Assembly (NCBI GenBank): GCA_965242615.1
Contig: CBDESR010000005.1
Coordinates: 1,300,768-1,364,767 of the forward strand
Direction: 5' to 3'
Length of the DNA stretch: 64,000 nucleotides
DNA from: Dehalococcoidia bacterium
GTDB lineage: Bacteria > Chloroflexota > Dehalococcoidia > Lucifugimonadales > UBA3495
The notes beneath the pieces are model-generated. The model was not told the DNA's origin. It ran no database searches and saw only the letters and a program-made list of their open reading frames with translations. Position 1 is the stretch's first letter, and each line of letters opens with the position of its first letter. Both the position numbers and the translations under genes were made by a program. Shown here in pieces: positions 44,861 to 53,665 of the stretch.

Positions 44861-45055
44861 ATGCCGACTGTAAAGGTTCGTTACGCCATCCGCATTGTAG
44901 AAGCGGATGGCTGGTATTTAGTCCGAATACGGGGCAGCCACCGCCATTTTCATCATCCGCATAAACGCGGCACCGTAACCATTCCCGGCAAGCCGGGGGA
45001 TGATTTGTCCCCGCGGGACTGGTCCAGCATCCGCAGCCAGGCTCAGTTGAAGTGA
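44861..45055 (+). CDS. hicA: HicA mRNA-interferase toxin
   Basis: [46 protein letters not shown], embedded in track ORF 44717..45055. Starts 20 nt after the tRNA. Confidence 0.8.
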   Translation: MPTVKVRYAIRIVEADGWYLVRIRGSHRHFHHPHKRGTVTIPGKPGDDLSPRDWSSIRSQAQLK

Positions 45056-45360
45056 TGAGAGAAATGAAGTACGTTATCATCCTCGAACCCGCCCCGAACA
45101 ACTGGTGCGCGTTCTCTCCGGATGTGCTTGGCTGTGTCTCGACCGGGGCCACGCCGCAGGAAACTCTGTCCAACTTTCTGGAAGCCCTGGAGTTTCACTT
45201 GGAGGATATGGAGGAGAGCGGCGAGCCGATTCCGCCGGAACACGTCGATTCTCCGGAGGATATCGAGCCTTACGCCGATAAGGGCGTATTTTTCCCGTGG
45301 GGGCCGCGGCCGCCGGAGCCGGTAGAGGAGCCGACCGCCGCTGAAACGGCGGCGGTCTGA
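45052..45360 (+). CDS. hicB: HicB-family antitoxin
   Basis: KYVIILEPAPNNWCAFSPDVLGCVSTGATPQETLSNFLEALEFHLE; overlaps the hicA stop. The start may be 45055 or 45064. Confidence 0.8.
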   Translation: MMREMKYVIILEPAPNNWCAFSPDVLGCVSTGATPQETLSNFLEALEFHLEDMEESGEPIPPEHVDSPEDIEPYADKGVFFPWGPRPPEPVEEPTAAETAAV

Positions 45361-45370
45361 CCCGCGCCGT

Positions 45371-46399
45371 TCAGGAAGTCAATACAATCCGTCCCAAGGG
45401 CGGGTTTTCCCGCAGACGGGCCAAGGCTTGCTCGGCTTGCTGCCGGGGGTAAAGTTCCGACACTACCGGCTTTAACTGGCCCCGTTCCACCAGCCGCGCC
45501 ACTTCCACTACATCCTGCAAGGTCGAAGCCCGCGCGCCGAGGATGCTCCACTGTCCATAAATCAGGTCGGCGGTGTCCACAGCCAAGGGGATGCCGTAGT
45601 TGTAGCCCAGAACGACCAGGCGGCCGCCCAGTTTGAGGCAGCCGATACTTTGCGGCAGTACGGCGGCTACGGCGTTGCCGCCCACCGTTTCCACTACCAC
45701 ATCCGCGCCTATCCCGCCGGTCAGTTCCTTAACCCGCTGCGGCAAATCCTGCTCCCGGCTGTTGATGATGGCATCCGGGCTGAACTCGGCGGCGCCGTCC
45801 AGTTTGTCCGGGGCTACATCGGCGGCGATAACCCGCGCGCCCATTAGCCCGGCGACCTGTATGGCGTGGATGCCCAAGCCGCCGACGCCAATGATTGCCA
45901 CCGTTTCCCCGGCCTGCACCTTGGCCCGGTAAGTGAGGGCGTGATAGACGCTGGCAATGGCGTCGGGGATGATAGCGGCTTCCGCCCAAGGAACTTCCGG
46001 CGAAATCTTGACGGCGTTGCGGCCGGACACCCGCATATATTCGCCAAAACCGCCGTTCAGCTCAAAGCCGGTGCGGGGCGCGTCGGAGCAGTAATTTTCC
46101 AGTCCCCGGCGGCAGTAGTCGCAAAATCCGCAGCTTTCGGTGGGATAGACGGTGATATGGTCGCCGGGTTGCAGTCCCGGGGTCGCCGCGCCGACCGCTA
46201 CCACTTCGCCGGCGGCTTCGTGGCCGGGGATATGCGGCAGGGTCACCGTCGGCACCAAGCCGTCGGCGATTTTCAGGTCGGTAGCGCACAAGCCATTGGC
46301 GGCTACCCGGATCAGCACATCCCGGGGGCCGATTTCCGGCTCCGGGACTTCCTGCCAGGACAGGGGACTGCCGAACTGTTGCAAGGTCATTGCTTGCAT
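45371..46399 (-). CDS. Zn-dependent alcohol dehydrogenase (MDR family)
   Basis: GLCATDLK, GHEAAGEVV, CGFCDYCRRG structural-Zn cysteines, GVGGLG NAD-binding loop. Confidence 0.9.
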   Translation of the reverse strand: MQAMTLQQFGSPLSWQEVPEPEIGPRDVLIRVAANGLCATDLKIADGLVPTVTLPHIPGHEAAGEVVAVGAATPGLQPGDHITVYPTESCGFCDYCRRGLENYCSDAPRTGFELNGGFGEYMRVSGRNAVKISPEVPWAEAAIIPDAIASVYHALTYRAKVQAGETVAIIGVGGLGIHAIQVAGLMGARVIAADVAPDKLDGAAEFSPDAIINSREQDLPQRVKELTGGIGADVVVETVGGNAVAAVLPQSIGCLKLGGRLVVLGYNYGIPLAVDTADLIYGQWSILGARASTLQDVVEVARLVERGQLKPVVSELYPRQQAEQALARLRENPPLGRIVLTS

Positions 46400-46458
46400 C
46401 GGGTTTGGTTCCTTTTTAGCGGCGGGTAGAGTCCCGCAGCGCCGGGGTTAGTAGGCGG

Positions 46459-46815
46459 CTATTTCAGCAGGAAGTTCACCGGCAGCAGCTCTTGGCTTAC
46501 CGGGTTCACCGCCAGCCCCAAGATTTCCAGGGTGGTCGCGCCGATAAGGGGTTCAACATCGTTGGGCGTGAACACTACCGGCACGATGCCGGACTTGCCA
46601 TTGTACCGCATACGGGTATAGCCGACCGGATACTCGACAATGCGGCCATCGCCCAACTCGAACCGGGAACTGTTCTCCGCAACTACCCGCAACGAGTTAA
46701 GCAAACCCTCCGGCGCGGCGGTATGGGTACTGGCGGTGTCCACGATGCCGTCCAGCGCAACGAACTCCCGGCCGGCCGGGTCGCCAATTTCCATAATAAC
46801 ATTAAAGATGCCCAT
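46459..46815 (-). CDS. Retropepsin-like (clan AA) aspartyl protease family protein, variant active site DTAS
   Basis: GIVDTASTHT in place of DTGS; paralog of the next gene. Confidence 0.65.
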   Translation of the reverse strand: MGIFNVIMEIGDPAGREFVALDGIVDTASTHTAAPEGLLNSLRVVAENSSRFELGDGRIVEYPVGYTRMRYNGKSGIVPVVFTPNDVEPLIGATTLEILGLAVNPVSQELLPVNFLLK

Positions 46816-46880
46816 AACATCCCTTCCGTTCCGACTAGCCGGGCTGAAAGCACTGCCGGGTATGGGATAAGCGACCCGGG

Positions 46881-47264
46881 TTACTCCGCAGCAGTTTCCG
46901 GCCCGTGCCGCCGCATCAGGTTGTTGACCGGCAGCAGTTTCTTGCCGATGGGGTCAACGCCCAGATTGAGATTTTCCAGGGTAGTTGCGCCGATGCTGGC
47001 GCCTACTGCTTCGGGCGCAAAGACTACCTGCACCAAGGCTTGGTCGCCATTGTACCGCACCCAGGCAAAGCCGGTAGGGTATTCCACAATCCGGCCGTCC
47101 GCCAACTCGAAGCGGCGGCTGCGCTCCGGGGTTATCTGCAAACGGTTCAGCAGGCTTTCCGGCATAGTGGTGTGGGTGCTGCCGGTATCCACCAGAGCAT
47201 TAACGGCTACGAATTCGCGCCGGTTCAAGCCGCCGATTTCCACATCAACATAGAAAGTTCCCAT
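46881..47264 (-). CDS. Retropepsin-like (clan AA) aspartyl protease
   Basis: ALVDTGSTHT (D-T-G-S), IGATTLENL flap-like region. Confidence 0.7.
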   Translation of the reverse strand: MGTFYVDVEIGGLNRREFVAVNALVDTGSTHTTMPESLLNRLQITPERSRRFELADGRIVEYPTGFAWVRYNGDQALVQVVFAPEAVGASIGATTLENLNLGVDPIGKKLLPVNNLMRRHGPETAAE

Positions 47265-47486
47265 AACATCCCTCCCGTTCCAACGAGTTGGGTTGAAAGC
47301 ATTGTAGGGTATGGGGCGGTTAGGGGCAAGGGGCGGGCATATTCCGCGTGCGGCTGGTGGCTAAATCCGGCTCTGCCGAAGCCGGGAGAGATGATTGCCT
47401 TTTCCTCGGACGCGGCCGCTGTCCCTGATTTAGTGACGCTTACCCCCTTTCCCGCCAGTGGATGGTTGTGCTTTAATAGTCCTATA

Positions 47487-48038
47487 ATGCTTAAAGACCA
47501 GCGGCCGCCGCCGGAAAGAGAATCGGTCTGGAGTGTGGCCCGGGCGTGGCTGCCTTGGTGCTTGGCTCTGATTTTCCTGCTGACTTTTGTCTGGACGGGA
47601 TTTGTGGCGTGGGTGCAAATCACCACGGGCAACCACCCGTCGGTAGGCCCGCTGGTGGAGTCCATAGTAATTAAAGGCGCGAGCGGCGTCCCGTTGATTT
47701 TGGTAATCTCCATTGCCGCCGTGACCATAGCCGACATAGCGGGAGGCGCTATCGTGGTAACTTACCGGTATCTGAACAACAAGTTTGTCGAACCCCTGCG
47801 CCGCCAGTTGCGCGAGGAGGGCAAAAAGGAAGGCCGGGAGGAGGGCAAAAAAGAAGGGCGCGAGGAGGGCAAGAAAGAAGGCCGGAAGGAGGGCGTTGCC
47901 GTTGGCGAAATGCAAGCCAACCAGCGTTGGCGGGACTGGCTGCGGCGGCAGGACGAAGCTCAGGCCAAGGGCGAACCCTTCGACGAACCGCCGCCGGATA
48001 GCATATCCCCCAACGGGAAAGACCCGGCCGGAGAGTAG
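47487..48038 (+). CDS. Membrane protein with EG(K/R)KEGRE repeat tail
   Basis: Real part of track ORF 46905..48038 (whose 5' part is antisense to the protease gene). ATG 47487; 2-3 TM segments; REEGKKEGREEGKKEGREEGKKEGRKEG. Confidence 0.55.
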   Translation: MLKDQRPPPERESVWSVARAWLPWCLALIFLLTFVWTGFVAWVQITTGNHPSVGPLVESIVIKGASGVPLILVISIAAVTIADIAGGAIVVTYRYLNNKFVEPLRRQLREEGKKEGREEGKKEGREEGKKEGRKEGVAVGEMQANQRWRDWLRRQDEAQAKGEPFDEPPPDSISPNGKDPAGE

Positions 48039-48383
48039 CCGGCTCCGGGTCGCGCCGCCATTGCGCATCCGCACATCTGGCGGCCCAGCCGACTGGTGCC
48101 ATCCCCAACGGCGGCAAAATCCCCCAACAAATCCCCGCGGGAGGCGCTATCGTGGTAACTTACCGGTATCTGAACAACAAGTTTGTCGAACCCCTGCGCC
48201 GCCAGTTGCGCGAGGAAGGCAAAAAAGAAGGCCGGAAAGAGGGCGTTGCCGTTGGCGAAATGCAAGCCAACCAGCGTTGGCGGGACTGGCTGCGGCGGCG
48301 GGAGGAAGCTCTGGCCAAGGGCGAACCCTTCGACGAACCGCCGCCGGACAGCGTATCGCCCAACGGGAAAGACCCGGCCGGAG

Positions 48384-48693
48384 GGTTCTGTTCAATTTTG
48401 CTGGGGGAATTGTCCGCGCTACACCCCAGCGAATTCCCGGATGCCCTCGATGACCCGCCGATTGTAGCCGTACTGCTCGACGATATACCGGTGGATTTCC
48501 TCCTCCGGCTCCGCCGATTTGAGCCGTGTCACTATGTCGGAATAGACCTCCGTCCGCAGATACATATAGGCCGTCATCTGCCCATCCATCGGGCGGAGCA
48601 GCCTGACTTTAATGGGGCCGACCTCTTGACGCTTGGCTTTGTTAGTGGTCATTTTCTACCTCCTCTATTTCCCCCAGCAAAATTGAACAGAAC
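48384..48693. mobile_element. 310-bp non-autonomous IS6-type element (perfect 26-bp IRs, 8-bp TSD) carrying a 77-aa ORF
   Basis: IR-L GGTTCTGTTCAATTTTGCTGGGGGAA 48384-48409; IR-R is its exact reverse complement at 48668-48693. TSD GGCCGGAG at 48376-48383 and 48694-48701. The empty site is visible in duplicate copy 1 at 48026-48033. Confidence 0.8.
48419..48652 (-). CDS. Hypothetical 77-aa protein, cargo of the IS6-type element
   Basis: ATG 48652 preceded by an AGAGGAGG RBS, abutting IR-R; no recognisable motif. Confidence 0.5.
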   Translation of the reverse strand: MTTNKAKRQEVGPIKVRLLRPMDGQMTAYMYLRTEVYSDIVTRLKSAEPEEEIHRYIVEQYGYNRRVIEGIREFAGV

Positions 48694-48846
48694 CGGCCGG
48701 AGAGTAGCCCCCAATAGCGGCAAAATCCCCCACAAATCCCCGGTCACTGACACTTGCCCCTTGCGCCGCCGCCGCACATCCGTTCACAATGTCCCCCAGC
48801 TGCATTAACATAACGGCGGCATTGACCGCTGCAAGGGGATGAATTT

Positions 48847-49638
48847 ATGGTTATTGCCCTGGCGCCGCAAGTGGAACCGGTGGACTGGACGGATCTTGAC
48901 CTCATCGACCTCGACAACCCGGCCGCCGCCGCCCCGCCGCCCGAAATCTATCAGCCCAAACTGCGCGACTTGCCCCAGGGTGAGCGGCCCCGGGAACGGC
49001 TCCGCGACTACGGCCCCGGCCACCTCAGCAACGCCGAACTTATCGCCATCCTGCTCCGCACCGGCATCCAGGGCGAAAATGTCCTCGCTATGTCCCAACG
49101 CCTGCTCACCCGCTTTCAGGGCCTCGACGGCTTGGGCCGCAGCGCCTTCGCCGAACTCTGCGCCGAACGCGGCCTCAGCGAAGCCAAAGCCTGCCAACTG
49201 ATGGCCGCCCTCGAACTCGGCCGCCGCTTCATCTCCCTCGCCCCCCAAGACCGGGCCGTCATCCACTCCCCCCAGGATGTCGCCAACCTGCTCCAAGCCG
49301 AAATGTCCACTCTCGAACAGGAACACCTGCGCGCCCTCCTGCTCAACACCAAAAATCAGGTGCTGCGCGTCCACAACATCTATATCGGCAATGTCAACAG
49401 CTCCATCGTCCGCCCCGCCGAAGTCTTTCGCCCCGCCGTGCGCGAAAACGCCCCATCGGTTATAATCGTACACAACCACCCCTCCGGCGACCCCACGCCC
49501 AGCCCGGAGGACGCCGCCGTAACCCGTGAACTGGTCGCCGCCGGCAAACTGCTGAACATCGAACTCCTCGACCATATCGTCATCGGCAGCGGCGGCCGCT
49601 ATGTCAGCCTCAATGAGAAAAAGTTGGGATTCGGTTAG
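48847..49638 (+). CDS. radC: RadC-family JAB/MPN domain protein
   Basis: ERPRERL...[28 protein letters not shown] (JAMM motif). Confidence 0.9.
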   Translation: MVIALAPQVEPVDWTDLDLIDLDNPAAAAPPPEIYQPKLRDLPQGERPRERLRDYGPGHLSNAELIAILLRTGIQGENVLAMSQRLLTRFQGLDGLGRSAFAELCAERGLSEAKACQLMAALELGRRFISLAPQDRAVIHSPQDVANLLQAEMSTLEQEHLRALLLNTKNQVLRVHNIYIGNVNSSIVRPAEVFRPAVRENAPSVIIVHNHPSGDPTPSPEDAAVTRELVAAGKLLNIELLDHIVIGSGGRYVSLNEKKLGFG

Positions 49639-49640
49639 TT

Positions 49641-50966
49641 TTGAGCAGCTTTATCCGGCCAACTTTATCCGCCCTGGCCCTGACCCTTGGCTTGCTGCTG
49701 CTGGCCGGCTGCATTGCCGCACCCCCGACCGCCTTCCCGACCAGCGCCCCTACTCCTACCCCGGAGCCGGCTACCGCTACCCCCACGCCCACCGTCCGGC
49801 CCCCTCCTACTCTGCCGCCTACCGCTACCCCCACGCCCACGCCGGAACCCACCGCCACCGCCCTTCCCACGCCGCGCCCCCGTCCGACTCCCACTCGGCG
49901 GCCCACCCCCACGCCCACCGCTACCCCCACCCCGACGCCAACTCCGACCCCCACGCCGCTGCCGACTCCGCTGCCCACCCCCACGCCATTGCCGCCCACC
50001 CCGGAACCGCCGCCTACCGCTACCCCTACTCCCACACCGCCGCCCGTCCCTACCCCTACTCCCCTGCCCGGGCCGGAACTTGTCGATCTCGTCGGCACCA
50101 ACTTTGGCTACCAGGTAACTTTGCGCCTCTACCTGCCCGCCGCTGCCGAACCGCGGATCCTCCGCCGGGTAACTATGGATTTTCCCAACCGGGACGCCGG
50201 CGTCTATCTGGTCAGCCTGGAGCGGCAGCGCGGCGGCTACTACCGCGGCCAATGGTACATCGACCAATCCCGACTCCGCCGCGCCGACCTTTCCTGGGTG
50301 CGGCGGAATGTGCCGCTCTCCGTAGATGAATTTCCGGTACGCCTGACCTGCGCCGGCAGTATGCGCCCCACCCTCTACTGCGGCGACGCCGTCCATTACG
50401 AACTGCCGCCCTTCTCCAAACCCCTGCAAGTCGGCGAAGTCGTCGCCTACCGTTTCAACCCGGCCGACGCCGTTTCCGGCCGGGACTGCGCCAACCTCTT
50501 TACCGTTGCCAACCTGCGCGGCGCGCCCTACCGCTTGGCCCGCATCGACCGCCAGATTCAAGGCTCCAGCCGCAGCTACTTCACCAAAGGCGACAACAAC
50601 TATGAACTAGACCCCTGCCCGGTTCACCAACGGGACATCATCTTTAAGGCCGTAACCCGCGGCCCCGACGCCTATGTCCGCGACCCGCAGCAGTACGACC
50701 GCTATCTGGAGGAACACGACGACCTACTGTTCGCTTTCCGTCAAGCCCGGGACGATTACCACGACCTGCTCCACCGCTACGACATTACTTTTGGCGAATA
50801 CATCCGCCTGCTGAAATTTCCCGACACCCCGCAAGAAACCCTCGACAACTACGACCGCAACCTGCGAACAATGCGCCAAAGAATGACCCGCCTTTACGAC
50901 CAGTCCAACCGCCTCTGGCGCGACCTCCTGACCGTCCAAGCCAAACTGGAACAAACCGTCCGTTAG
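49641..50966 (+). CDS. Lipoprotein with PT-rich linker and S26 (SipW-type) signal-peptidase-like domain plus helical tail, copy 1
   Basis: LLLAGC lipobox, about 110-aa P/T linker, [13 protein letters not shown] (Ser motif), [12 protein letters not shown]. The position of the general-base His reads YRLARID. Confidence 0.6.
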   Translation: MSSFIRPTLSALALTLGLLLLAGCIAAPPTAFPTSAPTPTPEPATATPTPTVRPPPTLPPTATPTPTPEPTATALPTPRPRPTPTRRPTPTPTATPTPTPTPTPTPLPTPLPTPTPLPPTPEPPPTATPTPTPPPVPTPTPLPGPELVDLVGTNFGYQVTLRLYLPAAAEPRILRRVTMDFPNRDAGVYLVSLERQRGGYYRGQWYIDQSRLRRADLSWVRRNVPLSVDEFPVRLTCAGSMRPTLYCGDAVHYELPPFSKPLQVGEVVAYRFNPADAVSGRDCANLFTVANLRGAPYRLARIDRQIQGSSRSYFTKGDNNYELDPCPVHQRDIIFKAVTRGPDAYVRDPQQYDRYLEEHDDLLFAFRQARDDYHDLLHRYDITFGEYIRLLKFPDTPQETLDNYDRNLRTMRQRMTRLYDQSNRLWRDLLTVQAKLEQTVR

Positions 50967-50981
50967 CCGGCGGGGGTTAAT

Positions 50982-52382
50982 ATGCTGAGCAAGTTCATCC
51001 GGTTGCTCTTGCCGCCCCTTGCCCGGCTACCCTTGCCGCTCCTTCCCCGGTTGCCGATACCGCCCCTTTCCCTGCTGCCCCGGCCGCTCTTTGCCTTGCT
51101 GGTCTTGCTGGCATTGACCGGCTGCGTCAACCCCCCGCCCACCCCAATCCCGGCGCCGCCAACTCCTACTCCCACCGCCCGCCCCACGGCAACGGCTACC
51201 GTTGCGCCTACTCCAACGCCTACTGCCCTCCCTACCCCGACGCCGCGCCCCACGCCGACCGCTACCCCAACCCGTACACCCACGCCGGTTCCTACCCCGA
51301 CTCCGACGCCGACGCCGACGCCCACACCCACCCCAACTCCAACACCGACGCCCACGCCTACCCCAACTCCCACACCGACGCCGACGCCCACTCCCTTGCC
51401 TACCGCTACGCCCACGCCGCGGCCAACTCCCACACCAACCCCTACCCTAACACCAACGCCCCGGCCGACGCCCACGCCCATTTTGGCACCGCAGGTTACT
51501 GCCTTCGTGGGCAGCAACTTCGGCTACCGCGTGGATTTAAGCATCTACCTGCCCGGAGTTGCCGATGAACAGGTCATCCGCAAAGTGGAAATGTGGTTCC
51601 CCGATTGGGATTTCGAGGAATATATCGTCATCTTTACCCGCCAGCGCAGCGGCTACTACCGGGGACAAACCTATGTGGAACGGGACAATGTGGAACGGCC
51701 CACCCAAGCTTGGTTTCAGGAAAATGTTGATATTGACATTGAGGAGTTCCCGGTACGCATTGCCTGCACCGGCAGTATGCGCCCGGTAATCCACTGCGGC
51801 GACGAAGTTATCTTTGAGCCAGCGCCCCGCAACGGCCAGCTGCAAGTAGGCGATATAGTAACCTTCCGTTTCAGCCGCCGGGATGTGGCCGTTGACCAGG
51901 ATTGTTCCTCCCTGTTCACCACGCCCAACCTGCGCGGCACCAAGTATATAATTCACCGCATCCATCAGAAAGTGCGCGGCTCCAGCCCGCCCCGCTATGT
52001 TACCAAGGGCGACAACAACCCGACCCGCGACCCCTGCGCCGTCAGCGAAACCAGCATCATCTTTCGGGTAGTCCAAGTCAACAAGGATGTTTATGTCCTT
52101 GACCCGACCTTGTATGCTGAATATGTCCAGGAACACCAACGGCTGCTGACCGAATACCGGGAAAAGCGGGATGAGCGGGCGGACTTGCTGGAACGCTACT
52201 ACGCTATGCGGGGTGATTACTATAGCTTGTGGTACTCCGGGGCCAGCCAAGCCGAGCTGGATCGCTTTTATAGCAGTTTGGAAAGCCTGCGGCGGCGGAT
52301 CAACCGCTTGACTGACCAACTGAACCAACTGCGCCGCGACCTGCGAACCGCCCAAGACCGCATCGCCAGCGTCGTCCGCTGA
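50982..52382 (+). CDS. Lipoprotein with PT-rich linker and S26 (SipW-type) signal-peptidase-like domain plus helical tail, copy 2
   Basis: LALTGC lipobox, (TP)n linker, [20 protein letters not shown] (His retained), [12 protein letters not shown]. Confidence 0.6.
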   Translation: MLSKFIRLLLPPLARLPLPLLPRLPIPPLSLLPRPLFALLVLLALTGCVNPPPTPIPAPPTPTPTARPTATATVAPTPTPTALPTPTPRPTPTATPTRTPTPVPTPTPTPTPTPTPTPTPTPTPTPTPTPTPTPTPTPLPTATPTPRPTPTPTPTLTPTPRPTPTPILAPQVTAFVGSNFGYRVDLSIYLPGVADEQVIRKVEMWFPDWDFEEYIVIFTRQRSGYYRGQTYVERDNVERPTQAWFQENVDIDIEEFPVRIACTGSMRPVIHCGDEVIFEPAPRNGQLQVGDIVTFRFSRRDVAVDQDCSSLFTTPNLRGTKYIIHRIHQKVRGSSPPRYVTKGDNNPTRDPCAVSETSIIFRVVQVNKDVYVLDPTLYAEYVQEHQRLLTEYREKRDERADLLERYYAMRGDYYSLWYSGASQAELDRFYSSLESLRRRINRLTDQLNQLRRDLRTAQDRIASVVR

Positions 52383-52502
52383 CCCGAAACCGCCCATCGA
52401 TACCATCGGAGGGAAACAAGGTCCTACTTCAAAGATGCCTCAAACCGTGAACCCAAAGAACTGGCCCCCGGCGCGCGCATCCGCACCTTTTGGGGCGACA
52501 AT

Positions 52503-52748
52503 ATGCTCCTGTCCCTGGTGGAAATTGACGCCCATTCCGAAGTCCCCCTGCACACCCACCCCCACGAACAGGGCGGCATCCTGGTCTCCGGGGAAATGGA
52601 AATGGGCATCGGCGGCGAAGTGAAAACCCTGCAACCCGGCGATCTGTACCTCATCCCCGGCAACATCCCCCACTACGCCAAGTGCAATGCAACCCCCGCC
52701 TTGGCCTTGGATATTTTCAGCCCGGTACGCGAGGAATTCCTGTATTAG
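52503..52748 (+). CDS. Cupin-domain protein (N-terminus unresolved)
   Basis: PLHTHPHEQGGILVSGEMEM..G.....PGD.YLIPGNIPH. Cupin-like sequence continues upstream in frame to 52383 without a canonical start. Confidence 0.6.
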   Translation: MLLSLVEIDAHSEVPLHTHPHEQGGILVSGEMEMGIGGEVKTLQPGDLYLIPGNIPHYAKCNATPALALDIFSPVREEFLY

Positions 52749-52842
52749 CGGGCATTCGTATCGGGCAATGGCATACTAAAACCGTCCTTCCCCTTTTCCC
52801 GGGAAGGACGGCAAGCAAGCCGCCAAGTTATGCCCTTGCCTT

Positions 52843-53277
52843 TTACGCCGCCAAATCCTCCACCACCAGACGGCAGCCCAGCAAATCCAAGGCGCGAGTT
52901 ACCTGGCTCCAGGGGGTAATGCAGTCGGGATGCACCAGCTTTTTAATCGAGGCTTCCTGCAACCCCAACTGTCCGGCCAAGTCGGCGTAGCTGATGCCCT
53001 GGCGGCGCATTGCGGTATAAATCGACAGCTTGGTCGCCACCATCGGCGGCACGGGAATCAGTTCCTGCCCCGCCTTAACCGGGCTGGGGATGGGCAAATC
53101 CTCCTCGCACCGCACATACGCCCCCAACGCGGCCACCAGGCAATCGTGAGCTTGAAAATGGGCTTCGGTGTAGGTGTCGCCCCCGGTATGGGCGCCCTTG
53201 ACGCCGGGGAAGCTAACAGTGAACCCGCCATCGGCATAGGCGCTGGCGGTAATAAGGCACGGATAGGCGTAACGCAT
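52843..53277 (-). CDS. hicB: HicB-family antitoxin with C-terminal HTH
   Basis: YAYPCLITASAYADGGFTVSFPGVKGAHTGGDTYTEAHFQAHDCLVAAL, then an XRE-like GISYADLAGQLGLQEASIKKL. Confidence 0.7.
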   Translation of the reverse strand: MRYAYPCLITASAYADGGFTVSFPGVKGAHTGGDTYTEAHFQAHDCLVAALGAYVRCEEDLPIPSPVKAGQELIPVPPMVATKLSIYTAMRRQGISYADLAGQLGLQEASIKKLVHPDCITPWSQVTRALDLLGCRLVVEDLAA

Positions 53278-53279
53278 AA

Positions 53280-53432
53280 TCAGAACTCCCTCCGGTCGAT
53301 GCCCAACTCTCGAAACATCTGCATCAGCGTACCGGTTTTAATCTCGCCGTACTGTACTTGGGTACGACGGTCGCCCAAGTAAAAAGTGCCGTGGCTCCCC
53401 CGGCCTTTACGGGTTTCGTACCGCCATTCCAA
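53280..53432 (-). CDS. hicA: HicA-like toxin, short (about 50 aa, TTG start), below the ORF-track cutoff
   Basis: Manual translation gives ..EWRYETRKGRGSHGTFYLGDRRTQVQYGEIKTGTLMQMFRELGIDRREF*. The stop lies 2 nt before the hicB ATG. The N-terminus looks truncated. Confidence 0.45.
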   Translation of the reverse strand: MEWRYETRKGRGSHGTFYLGDRRTQVQYGEIKTGTLMQMFRELGIDRREF

Positions 53433-53665
53433 CCCGTTGCGCCGGCCCCCTTTTATTCAGTCAACGGCCGCGGCTCCCAAACCTTCTTGATTTCCTGAAA
53501 GTCCTCGTAGGTAGCATGAGGCAGGATGCCCCGATAAATGCCCCGCAGCGAGCGCAGTTCAGGCTTTTCCGCCGGCATCTGCGGAACGGCGGTGAGCTTG
53601 CCGCTGGACAGCCCCGGCGCCAACTGAAACCGCCAAGCAGAGTTGCCGTTCATCCGGTTTCCCCC

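Larger units (their letters stand above)
47739..48741 (+). repeat. Tandem duplication, period 398 bp, of the 3' end and downstream region of 47487..48038
   Basis: GCGGGAGGCGCTATCGTGGTAACTTACCGG at 47739 and 48137. Copy 2 lacks 48 bp of the EGKKEGRE repeat and about 60 bp downstream, and contains the 310-bp insertion. Confidence 0.8.

Noticed and set aside
46905-48038. A 377-aa plus-strand ORF spanning the protease gene and the membrane protein gene.
   Set aside because: Its first 194 codons are antisense to the retropepsin-like gene 46881..47264. Only the part from ATG 47487 looks like a real protein (TM segments, repeat tail).
49735-51480. Highly periodic CCN-ACN tracts, and the 102-bp periodicity at 53.7-55.3 kb, as possible CRISPR or other non-coding arrays.
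   Set aside because: The tracts are in-frame Pro/Thr linkers and TPR units inside long ORFs. There is no repeat-spacer structure with unique spacers.
53453-53653. A 66-aa minus-strand ORF upstream of the short hicA, with an antitoxin-like C-terminus (LRGIYRGILPHATYEDFQEIKKVWE).
   Set aside because: It lacks the SpoVT/AbrB-type N-terminal domain and has no partner toxin in frame. It is possibly a remnant, and the support is too weak to call.
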